From the human T2T-CHM13v2.0 reference genome, Homo sapiens, in NCBI RefSeq assembly GCF_009914755.1, contig NC_060927.1: a stretch of DNA of 64,000 bases, one strand, 5' to 3'. The stretch's first letter is position 1. Each line of letters starts with the position of its first letter. The notes beneath the pieces were generated by a model, which saw only the letters and a program-made list of their open reading frames with translations, had not been told where the DNA came from and made no database searches. A program made the translations under genes and the position numbers. Shown here piece by piece: positions 32,914-53,776 of the stretch.

Positions 32914-34178
32914 GACGCATGCATATCAGTAAAACTATAATGAAAGCCAAAAAAAATAAAAAGAAAAGAAAAAGAAATTTCCCTATGTAGCTAATCCAGA
33001 AAAGATACACAGAGTAAAATCCTGAACATGTGTTAATTGTGAAAGTTCCATATTAGCTCATCTAATTAGGAAATGAGTGCTTTACCATAATTTGACAACA
33101 CATTTTAAAATGTGTTTGTTTCTTTTGTAAAACATCTATAACCTGAAAAAAAGTAATTATAGATGACTAGATGATAAAATGTTTACTCTTGAATTCGCGA
33201 TTCAATCTCAAAAATGAATAGTATCAAATTCTTCTACTTAGAAAAAAATTAATGTATCAAGAAAAGAGAAATAAGGACATTCATATGATAAAATGAGACG
33301 ACTTTAGCTTATTTCTACAATAGTAAACCCAGATGGGCTCATGCAAACTTGAAAAACGATATCCTCTCCACTTTCCTACTTTACAAGCTAATGGTGTTTA
33401 TACTTATAGAAAGGAACAATAGAGGAGGTGACAGTTGCAAAGTGCTCTCATTGTCAATGGAAACATTATCCAAGAAGATTTGAATAAAGCATCTAGAAGG
33501 ATAAATTGGATTGTTTTTCTCCCCTTTGGAACTCTTGTGGATACAGTATTTTGCACTCTGGCACAAGAAGGAAATAAATCTTAGAAAGTAATTACAATAC
33601 ATTCAGCAGACATTTATACATAGCACTTACCAAGGGACTCAATTAACTGAGCACCTACAATGTGCCAGGGACTACATGTGAAGCCACAGCATATAAAACT
33701 TCTACATTTTTCTCCTGTTCAATTGAATTTAATTAGGTCAAAAACTTCTATATAGAGACTGAAAGCAGATCACTGGTTGCCTGGGGCTTAGGGTAAAAGT
33801 GTGGATTGGATGTCATTTACTTTTGAGATTGAATTTTTGAGATTGATTAGCTTGCCTGTTCAACAAGCATTTTATACTCTAGTCATTTACACATAATTAC
33901 TCTTTTTTTCAGGTGATAGTTGTTCCAAAAAGAAAAACACTTAAATGTAGAGGAAAATTTCTGTGATAATAATAATGTTCTAAAACTAGATGGTGGTGAA
34001 TGGTAATGACAAATGACTTTTCAAAAGGATTTTCTCCAAATCCTATGAATTAAAAAATATGGCCCAATATGATATTTAAACTTTGTACTAATACTAATAA
34101 TTCTTGTGTATATCAACTTTACATAAAATAGGTATTTGTGCATGAGAAGTTTTTCTAAAAAACAATTACAAAATTTGA

Positions 34179-34488
<310 letters not shown>

Positions 34489-35104
34489 CCTGTACTTTCT
34501 TGACTATTTTATGTAACAGTTAGTAATATATTGCTAGAATTTTTAAAGCTCAAGTGAAATTGTTACATCTATGATAAACATTTAATTATATTTAGTAGGC
34601 AAATTTTAAGGAGTCATATCTAATTGATGATTACAGAGATATGAAAACATCTACCTTGGCTCTTAAAGTTTACACAAATTCCATATAATGATTCCCTACA
34701 GAAAACAGTTCACCTAAAATAAAATTCTTAAATTTGCTTTAAATTATGTTTTTTCTTATTATTTGTCATATAATGTGATCATTATTATATTTTAGAAAGC
34801 TACAGCTTGATAAAATTTGATTTAATTTTTACTGCAAGATTTATATTCAACCAAGGGTATAACAGGTTCCCTCCAGCCACAGGGCCTTGGCGCATGCTGT
34901 TTGTCTTGTTTGCCATGCTCTTCATTCATCCTTCAGATCTCAATTCAGACATCTCTACCTATAGGAAGTATTTCCCCAGGCCCCTAGTTTAGATCAGATT
35001 CCTTTATTATACACTCTCTTGGAGGCATTTAGTTCCTTTAGAGCAGTTCTTTGGTTTGCAATTATATAATCATTAAGTTAGATGTTGAACTAAGGGCAAT
35101 CTCA

Positions 35105-35701
35105 GACCAGGTGCAGTGGCTCATGCTGTAATTTCAGCACAAGGCAGGAGGATCACTTGATGCCAGGAGTTCAAGACCAGTCTAGACAGCATAGTGAGAT
35201 TCTGTCTTTACAAAAAAAAAAAAATTTTTGAGATAAGATCTCACTTTGTTGCCTAGGCTGGAGTGCAGTGGCAGGATCAAAGCTCACTGTAGCCTCAACC
35301 CCCTCGGCTCAAGATATCCTCCTGCCTCTGAGTCCCAAGTAGTTGGGACTATAGGCACATGCCACCATGCCCGGCTAATTTTTGTATTCTTTGTAGACCT
35401 GGGGTTTTGCCATGTTGCCCAGGCTAGTTTTGAACTCCTGATCTCAGGCCATCTGCACACCTCAGCTTCCCGAAGTGCTGGGATTACAGGCATGAGCCAC
35501 CGTGCCCAGCTTCTATAATTTTTTTTTTTTAATTAGCCAAGTGCGGTGGTGCATGCCAATAGTCCTAGCTCCTCAGGAGGCTGAGGTGGGAGAGGACCAC
35601 TTGAGCCCAGGAGTTTGAGGTTGCAAGAGCTATGATTGTGCCACTGCACTCCAGCCTGGGCGACAGAGTGAGACTCTTTTAAAAAAAAAAAAAAAAAAAA
35701 A
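35105..35701 (+). mobile_element. AluJ (+) split at its A-rich linker by an antisense Alu (~35225-35511)
   Basis: Left arm 35105-35223, then an antisense Alu, then right arm 35533-35701. Confidence 0.85.
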
Positions 35702-37917
35702 GTCAATCTCCCACAATCCAACCCTCCAGAGCAGCAGACTCTGTGTCTGGTTTGGCACATTATTACTTATATCTCTTTCTTCTAACAGAGCGCCTGGAAC
35801 ATAGCAGATACATAAAATATTCACTGAAAAAGGAAAGAAGGAAAAGAAAAACAACACACTAGATGGTTTTCCTGGAATCATCCCTTTCCCAGTCCTGCCA
35901 ACTTTACTGAAGACTGAATGCTGGGTACAAATGTCACAAACTCAGAAAGCAAACTAATTATGACCACATGCCTTGAATCTGGCCAATTAGACCTGTCTTC
36001 TCCCAAGAATTTGAATCTTAAGGGGTTACTTAGGCTGAAAGGGGCAGATGAGACCATCATCTCAATGGCATGGGCCCCTGAGAAGATGACTGTCAGCTTT
36101 TGTGCTATTGGGTCCTGGACAGCCACTGAGACTTGGTTCTTCAACTTTCCTTAAATTCTGTAAGCTACTCCAAAATTTTTTATTTTTGCTTAAATTAGCC
36201 AGAGTTAGTTTCTTTGGCCCACAGCCAAAGAACTCCAACTGTTATATTTTCCTATCTCTTTTACCTTAATCAGATGTAAAGATTTCTATATGCAGTATTT
36301 CTCAAGACTAGAGATGAATGCTATGAATTTCAGAATTGTAACTAAAGGACTGTGCTACATTTAACCAACACAAATGCTTACAGTAAATGGTTGCTTCAAA
36401 ATGCTGTTTTGCATTGGCTCAGGCCAAGCCCTTCTCCGACTGCCCTTCTAGTTCATTTCTAGCACATCTTTTCCAAATCCTCCTTCATTCTCTGTCTCCA
36501 AGCTGTGATGTGTAGTTCTTTCTACGCCAAAGAATCTTTCTCAAAATTCAAACAGCTTTGTTAAGTCCCATATGGAAAACTCCAGTCCCATGAACTTCTT
36601 ATTTATCTTGAGCTTACCTACCTCCATCCATCCTCCCTCCTTCAGACCAGGCAACCTGGCACTTGTGTGTCTCTTACGGTCTTACCTTCCGGGTGGTTAC
36701 AGCTAGCATTCACTGAGCCAGGGATGGCTCCAAACACTTTACATGTGTTACTTCATTAAACCCTGACAACAGCCCTAAGTGATAGAGACTTCTATTGCAG
36801 ATCAGGGCAGTGAGGCTCAGAGAAGGTAACTAACTTGAGTAAGGACAGGAAAAAATATTTGACCTGGACAACTTGACTCCTGAGCAGGTACCCTTAAACA
36901 CCACGTTTGTCCGCCTCAGTGTTTTTCAAATTTCTCAATATTTTTCAGATCTCACTCCTCTCCACTTCCCTCCCCGTTAAAATAAAAGTCTGTCTTCATC
37001 TTGCATCTTCCTGTGGCCTTCTTCCCTTCACTTTCCAGTCTTCACTGCCTCCACTGTAGTCTAGCTTCCAGCCTTCCAGCCTTCTGTTCTCACTAAATCT
37101 GCCCTTGCTGAGATCACAAAGAGGCTCCGCCAAGCACCAGGTACCTTACACATTCAACTGTGTTGAATTCATCTACTCATTCACCAAATGGTTTTGAGCA
37201 CCTACTCTGTTCCAGAAACTGTGAAATATGAACTGGGTATATAGTAGCGAACAAAACAGATGGAGTCCCTGCCATCACATATCTGAGATCATCAGTGACT
37301 TCTTACCTTCCAGGTACAGGAGCCACTTTGGCCACTTCTCATATTTTCTCCTGCTTAATCTCTGCAGCATTGGTCATGCCAATCATTTCTTCCTTGAAAT
37401 TTGGAGCTGCTTTGGCTTCCGTGAAGCCTCTTACCCCTGATTCTCTATTTCTGGGACCATGCCTTCTCACTTCCTTTGATAAGTTTCTCTTTTTCCATCA
37501 ACCCCTTAAATGTTGGAGTTTCTGAGAGTTCTATCATGGAGCACATTAAAGTCAATATGCCTGAAACAATGTTTTTTCTACCTCCCATCCACATCTTTCC
37601 ATCTTTATTCCTTGTTCTTGTGAATGGCAGCATTTGACACCCAATCTCCCACTCTTTTTCTGCCCCACGCCCTTACCCAATTGTCAGAAAATCCTCAGAG
37701 TTCTACCTCAATATACCCCTTACCTGTTAACGCTCTCCTTACCTCTCCTTGGACAAATGCAATGGAATCTTTTTTTTTCTTAACAGCTTCATTGAGATAT
37801 AATTGTTATAAAATACTGTTAATACCGTTAAGTATATTTTTCATCTCAGACACTGTATTTTTCATCTTTAGAAGTTCAATTTGGGTCTTTAAAATATTTT
37901 CTATGTCTCTATTTCAC

Positions 37918-38205
37918 TTTTTTTTTGAGATGGAGTTTTGCCCTGTTGCCCAGGCTGGAATGCCATGGCACAATCTCAGCTCACTGCAACCTCCAACTCC
38001 GAGTTCAAGCGATTCTCCTGTCTCAGACTCCTGAGTAGCCGGGACTACAGGTGCATGCCACCACACCCAGCTAATTTTGTATTTTTAGTAGAGACAGGAT
38101 TTCGCCACGTTGGCCAGGCTGGTCGCAAACTCCTGACCTCAAGTCATCCGCCCACTTCAGCTTCCCGAAGTGCTGGGATTACAGGTGTGAACCACTGTGC
38201 CCGCC
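37918..38205 (-). mobile_element. AluS within an old antisense L1 fragment
   Basis: Antisense Alu; ttcactttt on both flanks. Confidence 0.88.
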
Positions 38206-39194
38206 TCTACTTCACTTTTAAAACATTTGCAATCCAGTTATAATAACTAATTTAATATCTTTCTCTGCTAATTCCATCTGTGTACGTTCTCAGTCAGTTT
38301 AAATTGATTGATTATTCTTCTTATACTGGGCCATAATTTCCTGCTTCTTTGTAGGGTAATATTTGATTGGATGACAGAAATCACAAATTTTACCTTGTTT
38401 GGGTACAAGGTACACTTTTTGTATCCCTGTAAATTTTCCTGAGTCTGGGATGAAGTTAAATTACTTGGAAATAGTTTGATCCTTTCAGGTCTAGCTTTTA
38501 TGACTTGTTAGGCAGATCTGCAGCAGTGTTCAGTCTATTCCAATACTGAGGCAAAAGCTTCCTGATTAATCTACCCTGGATTTTGGGTTTCTCCAGTCTG
38601 GCTGATGGGAGGAGGTATTGTTCCTGGACATGCCTGAGTACCAGCTACTCTTCTCTCTAACTCTTCTGAGTGGTTACATCCCTGGCCTTACACGCGTGCT
38701 GCTTAGCACTTTGCTGAATACTGAAGGAGCGTCTGCACATCTCCAGGCTTCTCTGCCTTTGTGCAGCTCTCTCCTCTGTGGTGCTCTGTTCTAGGAACTT
38801 GTCTTGGTCTCCCCAAACTCTCAGCTTGGTCTCCTCACTCAGGGAGACCGCTGGGCTCCACCTGGGTTTCCTCTCCCTGCATCAGAGTCTGGAAACTCTC
38901 TCAAAGCAGTGCGTAGGGCTGTAGGATTTGTCTATCCTTCATGTTTCCTGTTTCACAAGGATCTCTGTCTTTTATTGCCTGATGTCCAGTGTTTTGAAAA
39001 CCATTGCTTTAGGTATATTGTTTGTTTTTGTTGTTTTTGTTGGGAAGTTAAATCCAGTCCTGTACCTCCATCTTGACCAGAAGAGGAAGTCTTCCAACGG
39101 AATCCTAACCAATCAATCACCTTATCTCAAACTTTTGCAATCCAGTTTTCTCACTTTATCAAAATTTTATTTTTTCTTAAAATACTAATCTCTT

Positions 39195-41322
<2,128 letters not shown>

Positions 41323-41389
41323 AAATACTAATCTCTTGTTATTCCCTTGCTTCAAACTTTTTTATGGCACCCCCATATTTTTATAATAA

Positions 41390-41834
<445 letters not shown>

Positions 41835-42155
41835 TAGACTAATTTGACTCTACCATTACTCACCGTCTGACTTAATCAAGGTATTTTACTTCTCTAAGCC
41901 TCAGTTTTGTCTTCTGTAAGATGGAGAAAATACTAATATCTACAACAGAGTTTTCATTTGTTTAAGAATAGTTTGAGACACTTTTAAAATTCTTAGTTCT
42001 ATGTCAAATATAATAAGTACTCAATAAACAGGAACTTATTTCAGTTTATTATTACTAAAACAATCAATCAATTGGTTATTTTGTTGTCTGTTCAAGAATA
42101 TCATGATTACAATTTTTGTTTCTATCCAGTGAACCTCTGTAGAAATAAAGTTGGG

Positions 42156-42455
42156 GGCTGGGAGTGGTGGCTCGCCTCTGTAATCCCAACACTTTGGGAG
42201 GCCAAAGCAAGAAGATCACTTGAGCCCAAGAGTTTGATACCAACCCAGGAAACATAGTGAGACGCTGTCTCTACAAAAAATTAGAAAATTAGCCTGGCAT
42301 GGTGACATATGCCTGTAGTCCCAGCTACACAGGAGGCTGAGTAGGAAGGATCACTTGATCCTGGGAGGTCAAAGCTGCAGTAAGCCATGATCATGCCACT
42401 TCATTTCAGCCTGGGTGACAGGGCTAGACCCTATCTCAAAAAGAAAGAAAGAAAG
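42156..42455 (+). mobile_element. AluJ
   Basis: Diverged dimeric Alu. Confidence 0.85.
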
Positions 42456-43490
42456 TTAGATAATTCTTGCTGTGATCTATTTTGTTATTTTGTAGTCTAG
42501 GAAAATTAATGACACTTTCAAAAATAGATGCATTCCCTTCCAACAGTACAACATAAAATACAAAATTAAACTGTCACAAAAGTCTTCCCAAAAGATTGAA
42601 AATTATATGATTTAATACTTTTAAGTATCTTTCTAAAGCGGCGCATTTTCAAATATTTCTAACATTGGGAGAAAAGCCCATCTGCTGAATCTTCTAGTTG
42701 AAGCAAGGAGTTTTCAGTTCTGTTGAGCCTTTCCCAGGGAACGATAGGAAAGGTGGGTGGACCCGAAGAGAAGATGGCTGTGTCCCCAGTGGGGAAGGAG
42801 TAAACAAGGCCTGTCACTAATTTCTGTGGAAATTCAGAGTCAATAAAGCTGAACACTGGTGAGCAAAATGAGACAGAAGTGGAGTTTCAGAATGGGAAAG
42901 AGGAAAGAAAGAAAGAACAAACAATCAGGGCCTAACAAGGGGCAGCATATCGGAGACACATTTTTCCAAAGGCTGGGAAAGAAGGATGTCTGGTGACAGG
43001 TGTTTTTCCACATTCTGTAGAAGGGCAGAGAAAGAGAGAGAATACATACAAGAGGAGAATAATGAGATTGGCACCTGGAAATCCTCAAGAACAGGCATCT
43101 GTAGTAATAGTGTGAACACATTTTCACATTTAACTCTCCAAAAACCCTAAATGCCAAATTCTAATATTATCCCCATTTTATGGGGAAAGAAACTGAGACT
43201 TAGAGAGGCCAATGAACTTCCCCCGGACCACACAGCAAAGTTAGCAGCAAGTCAGGAATTTGAATCTGGGTCTATTTAATCAGAGCCTGCATTCTTCTCC
43301 ACCTTGCTGTACTACTAGCTCTTGGTAATGCGAGGAAAGCAGGAGATTCAAAGGAATTTAGGAAAGCAGTGGGGGAATGTGAAGAAAAGGTACTGGCAAA
43401 ACTTCATACCTCTAGTTCTTAAGTAAAAATTTATTTAAATTTTTCTTTGTGTGTGTTTTTTTTTTAAGCCTTGGCAAAAATGTTATCTTA

Positions 43491-43843
<353 letters not shown>

Positions 43844-44600
43844 ATGTGAAGATTCTTAAGTAATTTTATGTAAGGGGGCTTATTTGCAAAAGTCAAACTT
43901 CAAGTACTAGTTTATACAATTACTCAAATATTGTGAAAATCTCTTTGGAGATGATGATTCCTATTTCTGCTTAAGAATTAGCTTTAGATTTATTAAGGAA
44001 GTATTTTTTAATAAGCTTAATATAATCAGAAAATGTGTCTCTAAGTCTTCAGGAAGAGAGTCATGATTTTCTAGAATTTTATATTTTCTGTGTTAACCAT
44101 TTAAAACCATGATTATTCAACTAAAATAAATTTCATCTGTTAAAACGTCCATATGGTATTGTTGTATATAAAGCTGGACCCACACTGCCATCTGCTGTGT
44201 CAAGATTAGGTTTAACATCACCCACATAAACCGGGTTTAAGAAATGCAAAAAAATTATATTGAAAACCCGTATTACTTTGCTTCTTGGAAAATGAATGCA
44301 GGGGAAAATAAGTACTAGCAGTTATTTATTTCAACTTGTATTAGCAGTGTGGGGAGAAATTGTATGTGTTTGTGTGTTTTAACATGACATATTTCAGGGA
44401 CACAAAAATGAATAGAGAATAATATAACAAAATTTATGTTTCCACCATCTTTACCAAAAAATGAATATTACCAATGCCATTGATACTTGCTGGGTTTGTC
44501 TCCCTGGTCTCATTGTCACCACTCCCACCCAAGGAAATTACCCTCATGGTTGTCATGTTTATCACTGGGAAAGCCTTTCACAGGCAAATATGCACATCTA

Positions 44601-44875
44601 ATAGGTAAATGTGTTCACCTTTTACTTCTGTGTGCTTTACTAAGGTTGACCAGTGAAGAAGTTTCTATGCTAGCAACTTCACCCTGGAAAATTAGTGGAG
44701 AGAGCTCTATTCCAAAACAGTCCTGTTATTCCCAGGAGGATTTTTTCCCAAATTTAAGATTCAGAGATGCCCAGATGATCTCCCCTTGGTTGCCGCTAAG
44801 TGATTGGTGTTCCCTTTCTTTGGTATGTCTATGGTAATATGTAAATTATAAGCCCCCATTGTCACATTACAGGTT
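44601..44875 (+). repeat. Dispersed direct duplication, copy 1 (~275 bp)
   Basis: Colinear with 47048-47323; 29 identical bases taaatgtgttcaccttttacttctgtgtg. Confidence 0.9.
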
Positions 44876-45596
44876 CATGTGGGGAGAAAAGTATTCTACA
44901 TAAAGGGAAAGCTGAAGAAGAGACACAGAAATGAGAGAGGATAGTAAGTATATTTGGGGAAGAGTAAGTAGACTGTCACAGCTGGAGCATCAGGGGATAC
45001 GGGACATAAAGATGGATTTCTACGGCCTACAAAAGCCACTGTGCCATTGACAGAATGAAGGGAAATGGAACCACAAGAGTCATGTTGGGAAAGGACAGTA
45101 CAATGTAGCATTGCCTCTGCTGCATTCGAGGTGATTCCACACAGCCATGCGAGAACTGGCAGCTGCAACAGGAGACTGCATAGGTGAGGAGAGAAGTAGA
45201 AACTGGGAGTTTCAGACCCACCCTTACAATCCCTACAGAAATAAGAGTTCAAGGGAGGTAAGAGAGAGGTTGAGCAGTCAGAAGTAGGGCCTGGGAGAAG
45301 AGCAGGGGCCATGGATGCTAGAAAACAAAACTGGGGAGTCAGTCATGAGATGCAGCAGTATATCCCTCTACAAACGATGAAAATGCTCTTACTGCAATTC
45401 TCCCCAGTATCTGACCACTCTAGCTAACTATAACTTAAACCTCTTTCTTTTGGTCTTATCATGTAACTGCCCTTCTAATAATGAACCTGAATAGAGACAA
45501 TTCCAGGGGGAAAAATATTGAGCCAGAGACACCACACCATCTGTAATCCAGTTCCCCATCTCCTTCAACACTTTTATGTAAGAATGAACTAGTTTA

Positions 45597-45887
<291 letters not shown>

Positions 45888-46250
45888 CTACTTTAAATGT
45901 ATATCAGGCAGGCTAGAAAGAAAACAGAAGATAGCGCCACAGAGGAGCCTGCAAGGTCTAGGTTAAAGGACCCCAGAGAAAGCCATCTCAGATGGTATTG
46001 CTAAACAGAAATCTTAGACATATTGGTGACAGACTGCATCTTTCTGAGTCGGGTTTCTGTGCATGAGGTGGTATGTGTGTGTGGGTGGTGCAAGAAATGG
46101 GAGACAAGGAAAGCTGGAGAACTCCAAGCCATTCAAAACTCAAAAGCAAATCCCATAATTTGTTCATCTCTATAGATTTCAATTAGAGCTACGGTCTCAA
46201 CTCTTGTTGGGTACTGTACTGGAAAGGAGGGGTGCTTCATGGAACAAGTA

Positions 46251-46460
46251 CAGTCATATGTCCCTTAATGATGGGAATACATTCTGAGAAATGCCTTTTA
46301 GGTGATTTTGTCATTGTGTGAACATCATAGAGTGTACTTACACAAACTTAGATGACACAGCCTGTTGCACGCCTAGGCTATCTTGTATCACTATTGCTCT
46401 GACCACCACCGTATATGAGGGTCGTCGTTGACTGAAATGTGGTTATGTGGCACATGACTG
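46251..46460 (+). mobile_element. Tigger3-like DNA transposon (internally deleted)
   Basis: Terminal inverted repeats cagtcat...atgactg flanked by TA; core cattgtgtgaacatcatagagtgtacttacacaaac. Confidence 0.85.
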
Positions 46461-46464
46461 TATA

Positions 46465-46983
46465 TGCATTAGTTGTATTATTACTTTAACAAATTACCAC
46501 AAATTTAGTGGCTCAAAACAACACAACTTTATTATCTTACGGTTCTGTAAGTCAGAGGTCTGATGTGGGACTCACCGGGCTAAAATTAAGGTGTTGCCAG
46601 GGATGAATGTCTTTTGGAGGCTCTAGAGGAGAATCCATTTCCCCGCTTTTTCCAATTCCTAGAGGCCACCCACAGTCCTTAACTTGTGGCTCCCCTTCTC
46701 CATCTTCAAAGCCAACAATGTAGCATCTCTTTGACCCTGTTTGCATTGTCATACCTCTCTCTCTGAACTTCTGTTTCCCTCTTTCATTTTTAACGATCCT
46801 TGTAATTACATCGGGCCCACCCAAATTATCTAGGATAATCTCCCTATTTTAAGGTGGGTTGATTAGCAATCCTAAATCCATCTGCAACCTTAATTCCCCT
46901 TTGCCATGTAAGGTTACATATTCACAGTTTTCAGGGATTAGGATGTAGACTTTTTGGGGACACCATTATTCTGTTTGCTGCAA
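46465..46983 (-). mobile_element. MLT1D-like LTR
   Basis: aacaaattaccacaaatttagtggc...ggaggctctagaggagaatcc...gggattaggatgtagac. Confidence 0.8.
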
Positions 46984-47047
46984 GGTGCTTCCATGTACAT
47001 TGACCTGTCATAAACACAATTAATTGGTGGCACAATTCATTTTCCTC

Positions 47048-47323
47048 ATAGATAAATGTGTTCACCTTTTACTTCTGTGTGTTTTATTAAGACTGACCAG
47101 AGAAGTCTCCTTGAAAGCAACAATTATCCTGGAGAGTTCATGCAGAGTTCTATTACAATACCTTTGCTCTCAAGAAGAATTTCCCCAAATTTAAGAGTCA
47201 GGACTGCCCAGCTAACCTCTCCTTCATTGCTGCTAAGTCTTATACCAACCATAGTGTTCTCTTTTCTTTGATATGTCTAAGTTAATATATAAATTATGAA
47301 CTTCTATTGCCACATTACAGGTT
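47048..47323 (+). repeat. Dispersed direct duplication, copy 2 (~275 bp)
   Basis: Shares cccaaatttaaga and the terminal cacattacaggtt with copy 1. Confidence 0.9.
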
Positions 47324-47912
47324 TAGAAGTAGCATGTTCCCATTTTACATGATTCCTTTTCTAGCAGGCAGTTACTGGTTTACGGCAATTTTTATGTATC
47401 TTCTTTCCAACAGATATTTACTTAGAGCTTCCCACGTGTTAGGCTTTGGGGGCAATACAGAGCAAGGGCAGCATGTCCCTGCTCTCAGAGATTATACTCT
47501 AGTGGGCATTCAGGGACAGTCACAAATGCTCTGTGGAGGGAAGTGCAGAGTACACCCTGGAGTGGAAGAAGGGTCTAACCCAGAGACGGAGACAGTAAGG
47601 GAGGTTCCCAGGAAGATGTGACATCTCAGCAACAACCCTGTAGAACAAGTTGCTCAGGTGAGGGGCATCCTGAGGAACAGCATTTCAGCAAACAGAAATC
47701 ACTCCAGGAGGGCAGGGATTTTGTCTATTTTGGTTATAGCTTTATCCCTTTTGCTAAAAACAATTCTGCGGACACATTAGGCACTCAATAAAATATGTGG
47801 AACAGATGACTATGCAAAGGTGGAAGATAGGAACAAGTGTGGCTACATTTGAGGAAATGAAAGCTCAGTGTGTTAAGAGGGCAGTGGTGAGAGGTGAAAT
47901 TTAAAAGGTTGA

Positions 47913-48250
<338 letters not shown>

Positions 48251-48309
48251 TTAAGCCCTTCGTGCTTTGTATCAGGAGCAATAGGGTTTTTTAATTATTG
48301 GGAGTTTTT

Positions 48310-51860
<3,551 letters not shown>

Positions 51861-51914
51861 GATTTTAAGAAGCAGAGTGAATTAAGCAGATTCACATTTT
51901 AGAAATCATTCTGG

Positions 51915-52189
51915 CTACAGGCTCACGCCTATAATCCCAGCACTTTGGGAGTCTGAGGTGGGAGGACTACTTGAGGCCAGGAGTTTGAGACCAGCCTGGG
52001 CAACGTAAACAGACTCTGTCTCTACAAAAATTTTTTTAAAAATTAACCAGGCGTAGTGGTGCATGCCTGTAGCCCTAGCTACTTGGGAGGCTGAGACAGG
52101 AGGATCATTTAAGACCAGGAGTTCGAGGTTACAGTGTTATGTTCGTACCAATGTAGGCGGCCTGGGTGACAGAGCAAAACCCTGTCTCT

Positions 52190-52222
<33 letters not shown>

Positions 52223-52910
52223 AGAAAAAGCAAGTGTTGGGGTGAAGAAATTAGAACCTCATATACATTGCTGGCAGAAATGTAAGATGCTGCAACTGTT
52301 ATGAAAACAGTTTGGCAGTTTCTCGAAAAGTTAACCATAGAATTACCATGTGACCCAGTAATTCCACTCTTAGGTGTATACCAAGAAAATTGAAAATAGG
52401 GATTCAAACAGATACTTGTACATCAGTGTTCACTACAGCATTATTCACAATAACTAAAAGATGGAAACAACCCAAATGTCTATTAATGGATGAATGAGTA
52501 AACGAATTGTGGTATATATATACATAGAATGGAATACTATTCAGTCATAAACAGATATGAAGCTCTGATACATCCTACAACATGGATGCACCTTGAATAC
52601 ATTATGTTACTTGAGAGAAGACACAAAAGGACAAATATTGTATGATTCCACTTTTATGACATGAAGTATCTATAATAGGCAAATTCCTAGAGACAGAAAT
52701 AAGATTAGAGGTTTCTTAGGATTGAGGGGAGAGGAAAATGGGAAGTTGTTGCTTAATGGGTACAGAATTTTTATTTGGGGGTACTAAAAAGCTTTTGGAA
52801 AAATATACTGGCGTATTCCACAACATTGTATCATGGAATTGTCACTTGAAAATGGCTAAAAATAGCAAATTTTAACACACATATTACAACAATAAAAAAT
52901 AAAAAAGTAA
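51915..52910 (+). mobile_element. AluJ (51915-52228) followed by L1MB-like 3' end
   Basis: Alu, then gaattaccatgtgacccagtaattccactcttagg... L1 3' region ending aataaaaaataaaa. Confidence 0.82.
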
Positions 52911-53022
52911 AGGTTTGTCAGGCATTTAATAATTAATACCTTTCATTGTTTTTGTCTGGAAAGAGTGTGTGCAAAGATACTTAACAACCAAATGTAATGT
53001 GTGATCCTTGATCGGCTCTTGC

Positions 53023-53088
53023 ATTTTTTTTTTTTTTTTTGAGACGGAGTCTCACTCTGTCGCCCAAGCTGCTGGAATGCAGTGGCGC
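53023..53088 (-). mobile_element. Severely 5'-truncated Alu (~65 bp) with TSD
   Basis: Poly(T) plus gagacggagtctcactctgtcgccca; TSD gat(c/t)ggctcttgc at 53010-53022 and 53089-53101. Confidence 0.85.
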
Positions 53089-53313
53089 GATTGGCTCTTG
53101 CTTTCTAAATAAAATGCCTATAAGATATTCTTAGGACAAGTGGGGGAAATTAAATCGGGAAGAGAATTATTATGAAATTAATGATCTTAGGTATAATAAT
53201 TGTACTGCGGTTATGTAGCAGAACATCTATTCTTAGGAGATACATGCTGCAATGTTAAAGGGTTAAGGGTTACAATGTCTGTAACTTACTTGCAAATGGT
53301 GACCCCAAAAAGG

Positions 53314-53433
<120 letters not shown>

Positions 53434-53765
53434 ACGCGCTTTGGAAGGCTACAATTGCGAGAAGCGCAGGTCTCCGCCACCGAAGCTTTAGACTCATAAG
53501 CCGGGTCAGGCCAAATTCCGCTGTGCGTAGGGGAACAAACGGCACAAACGGGGCACAAACGGGGAACAAACGGCATACGCAACCGTCCCCGCGGGAGCCC
53601 CGGCCCAGCTCAGCGCACCCGCCAGCATGCCCCACCCTGATTGGTCCACTTGCTCAGCTCGCCGGCACCCCTATATCCAATTGGCGTAGCGCTTGCTGAG
53701 CGGCGGCGGCAACCGACGTACACAAGGGGCTTGAGCGTTCTGTGGAGAGAGTGCGAGGTCAGGCC

Positions 53766-53776
53766 ATGAACTTGGG
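53766..53776 (+). CDS. CCDC66: CCDC66 coding exon 1 (ATG AAC TTG GG; M-N-L-G)
   Basis: gccATGa start in a CpG-rich region, followed by donor GGG|GTAAGC. Joins in frame to exon 2 to give MNLGDGLKLE, the N-terminus I recognise for CCDC66. Confidence 0.9.

Noticed and set aside
53692-53714. RFX X-box in a ciliary-gene promoter
   Set aside because: Only a GGCAAC half-site is present; the partner half-site is not convincing.
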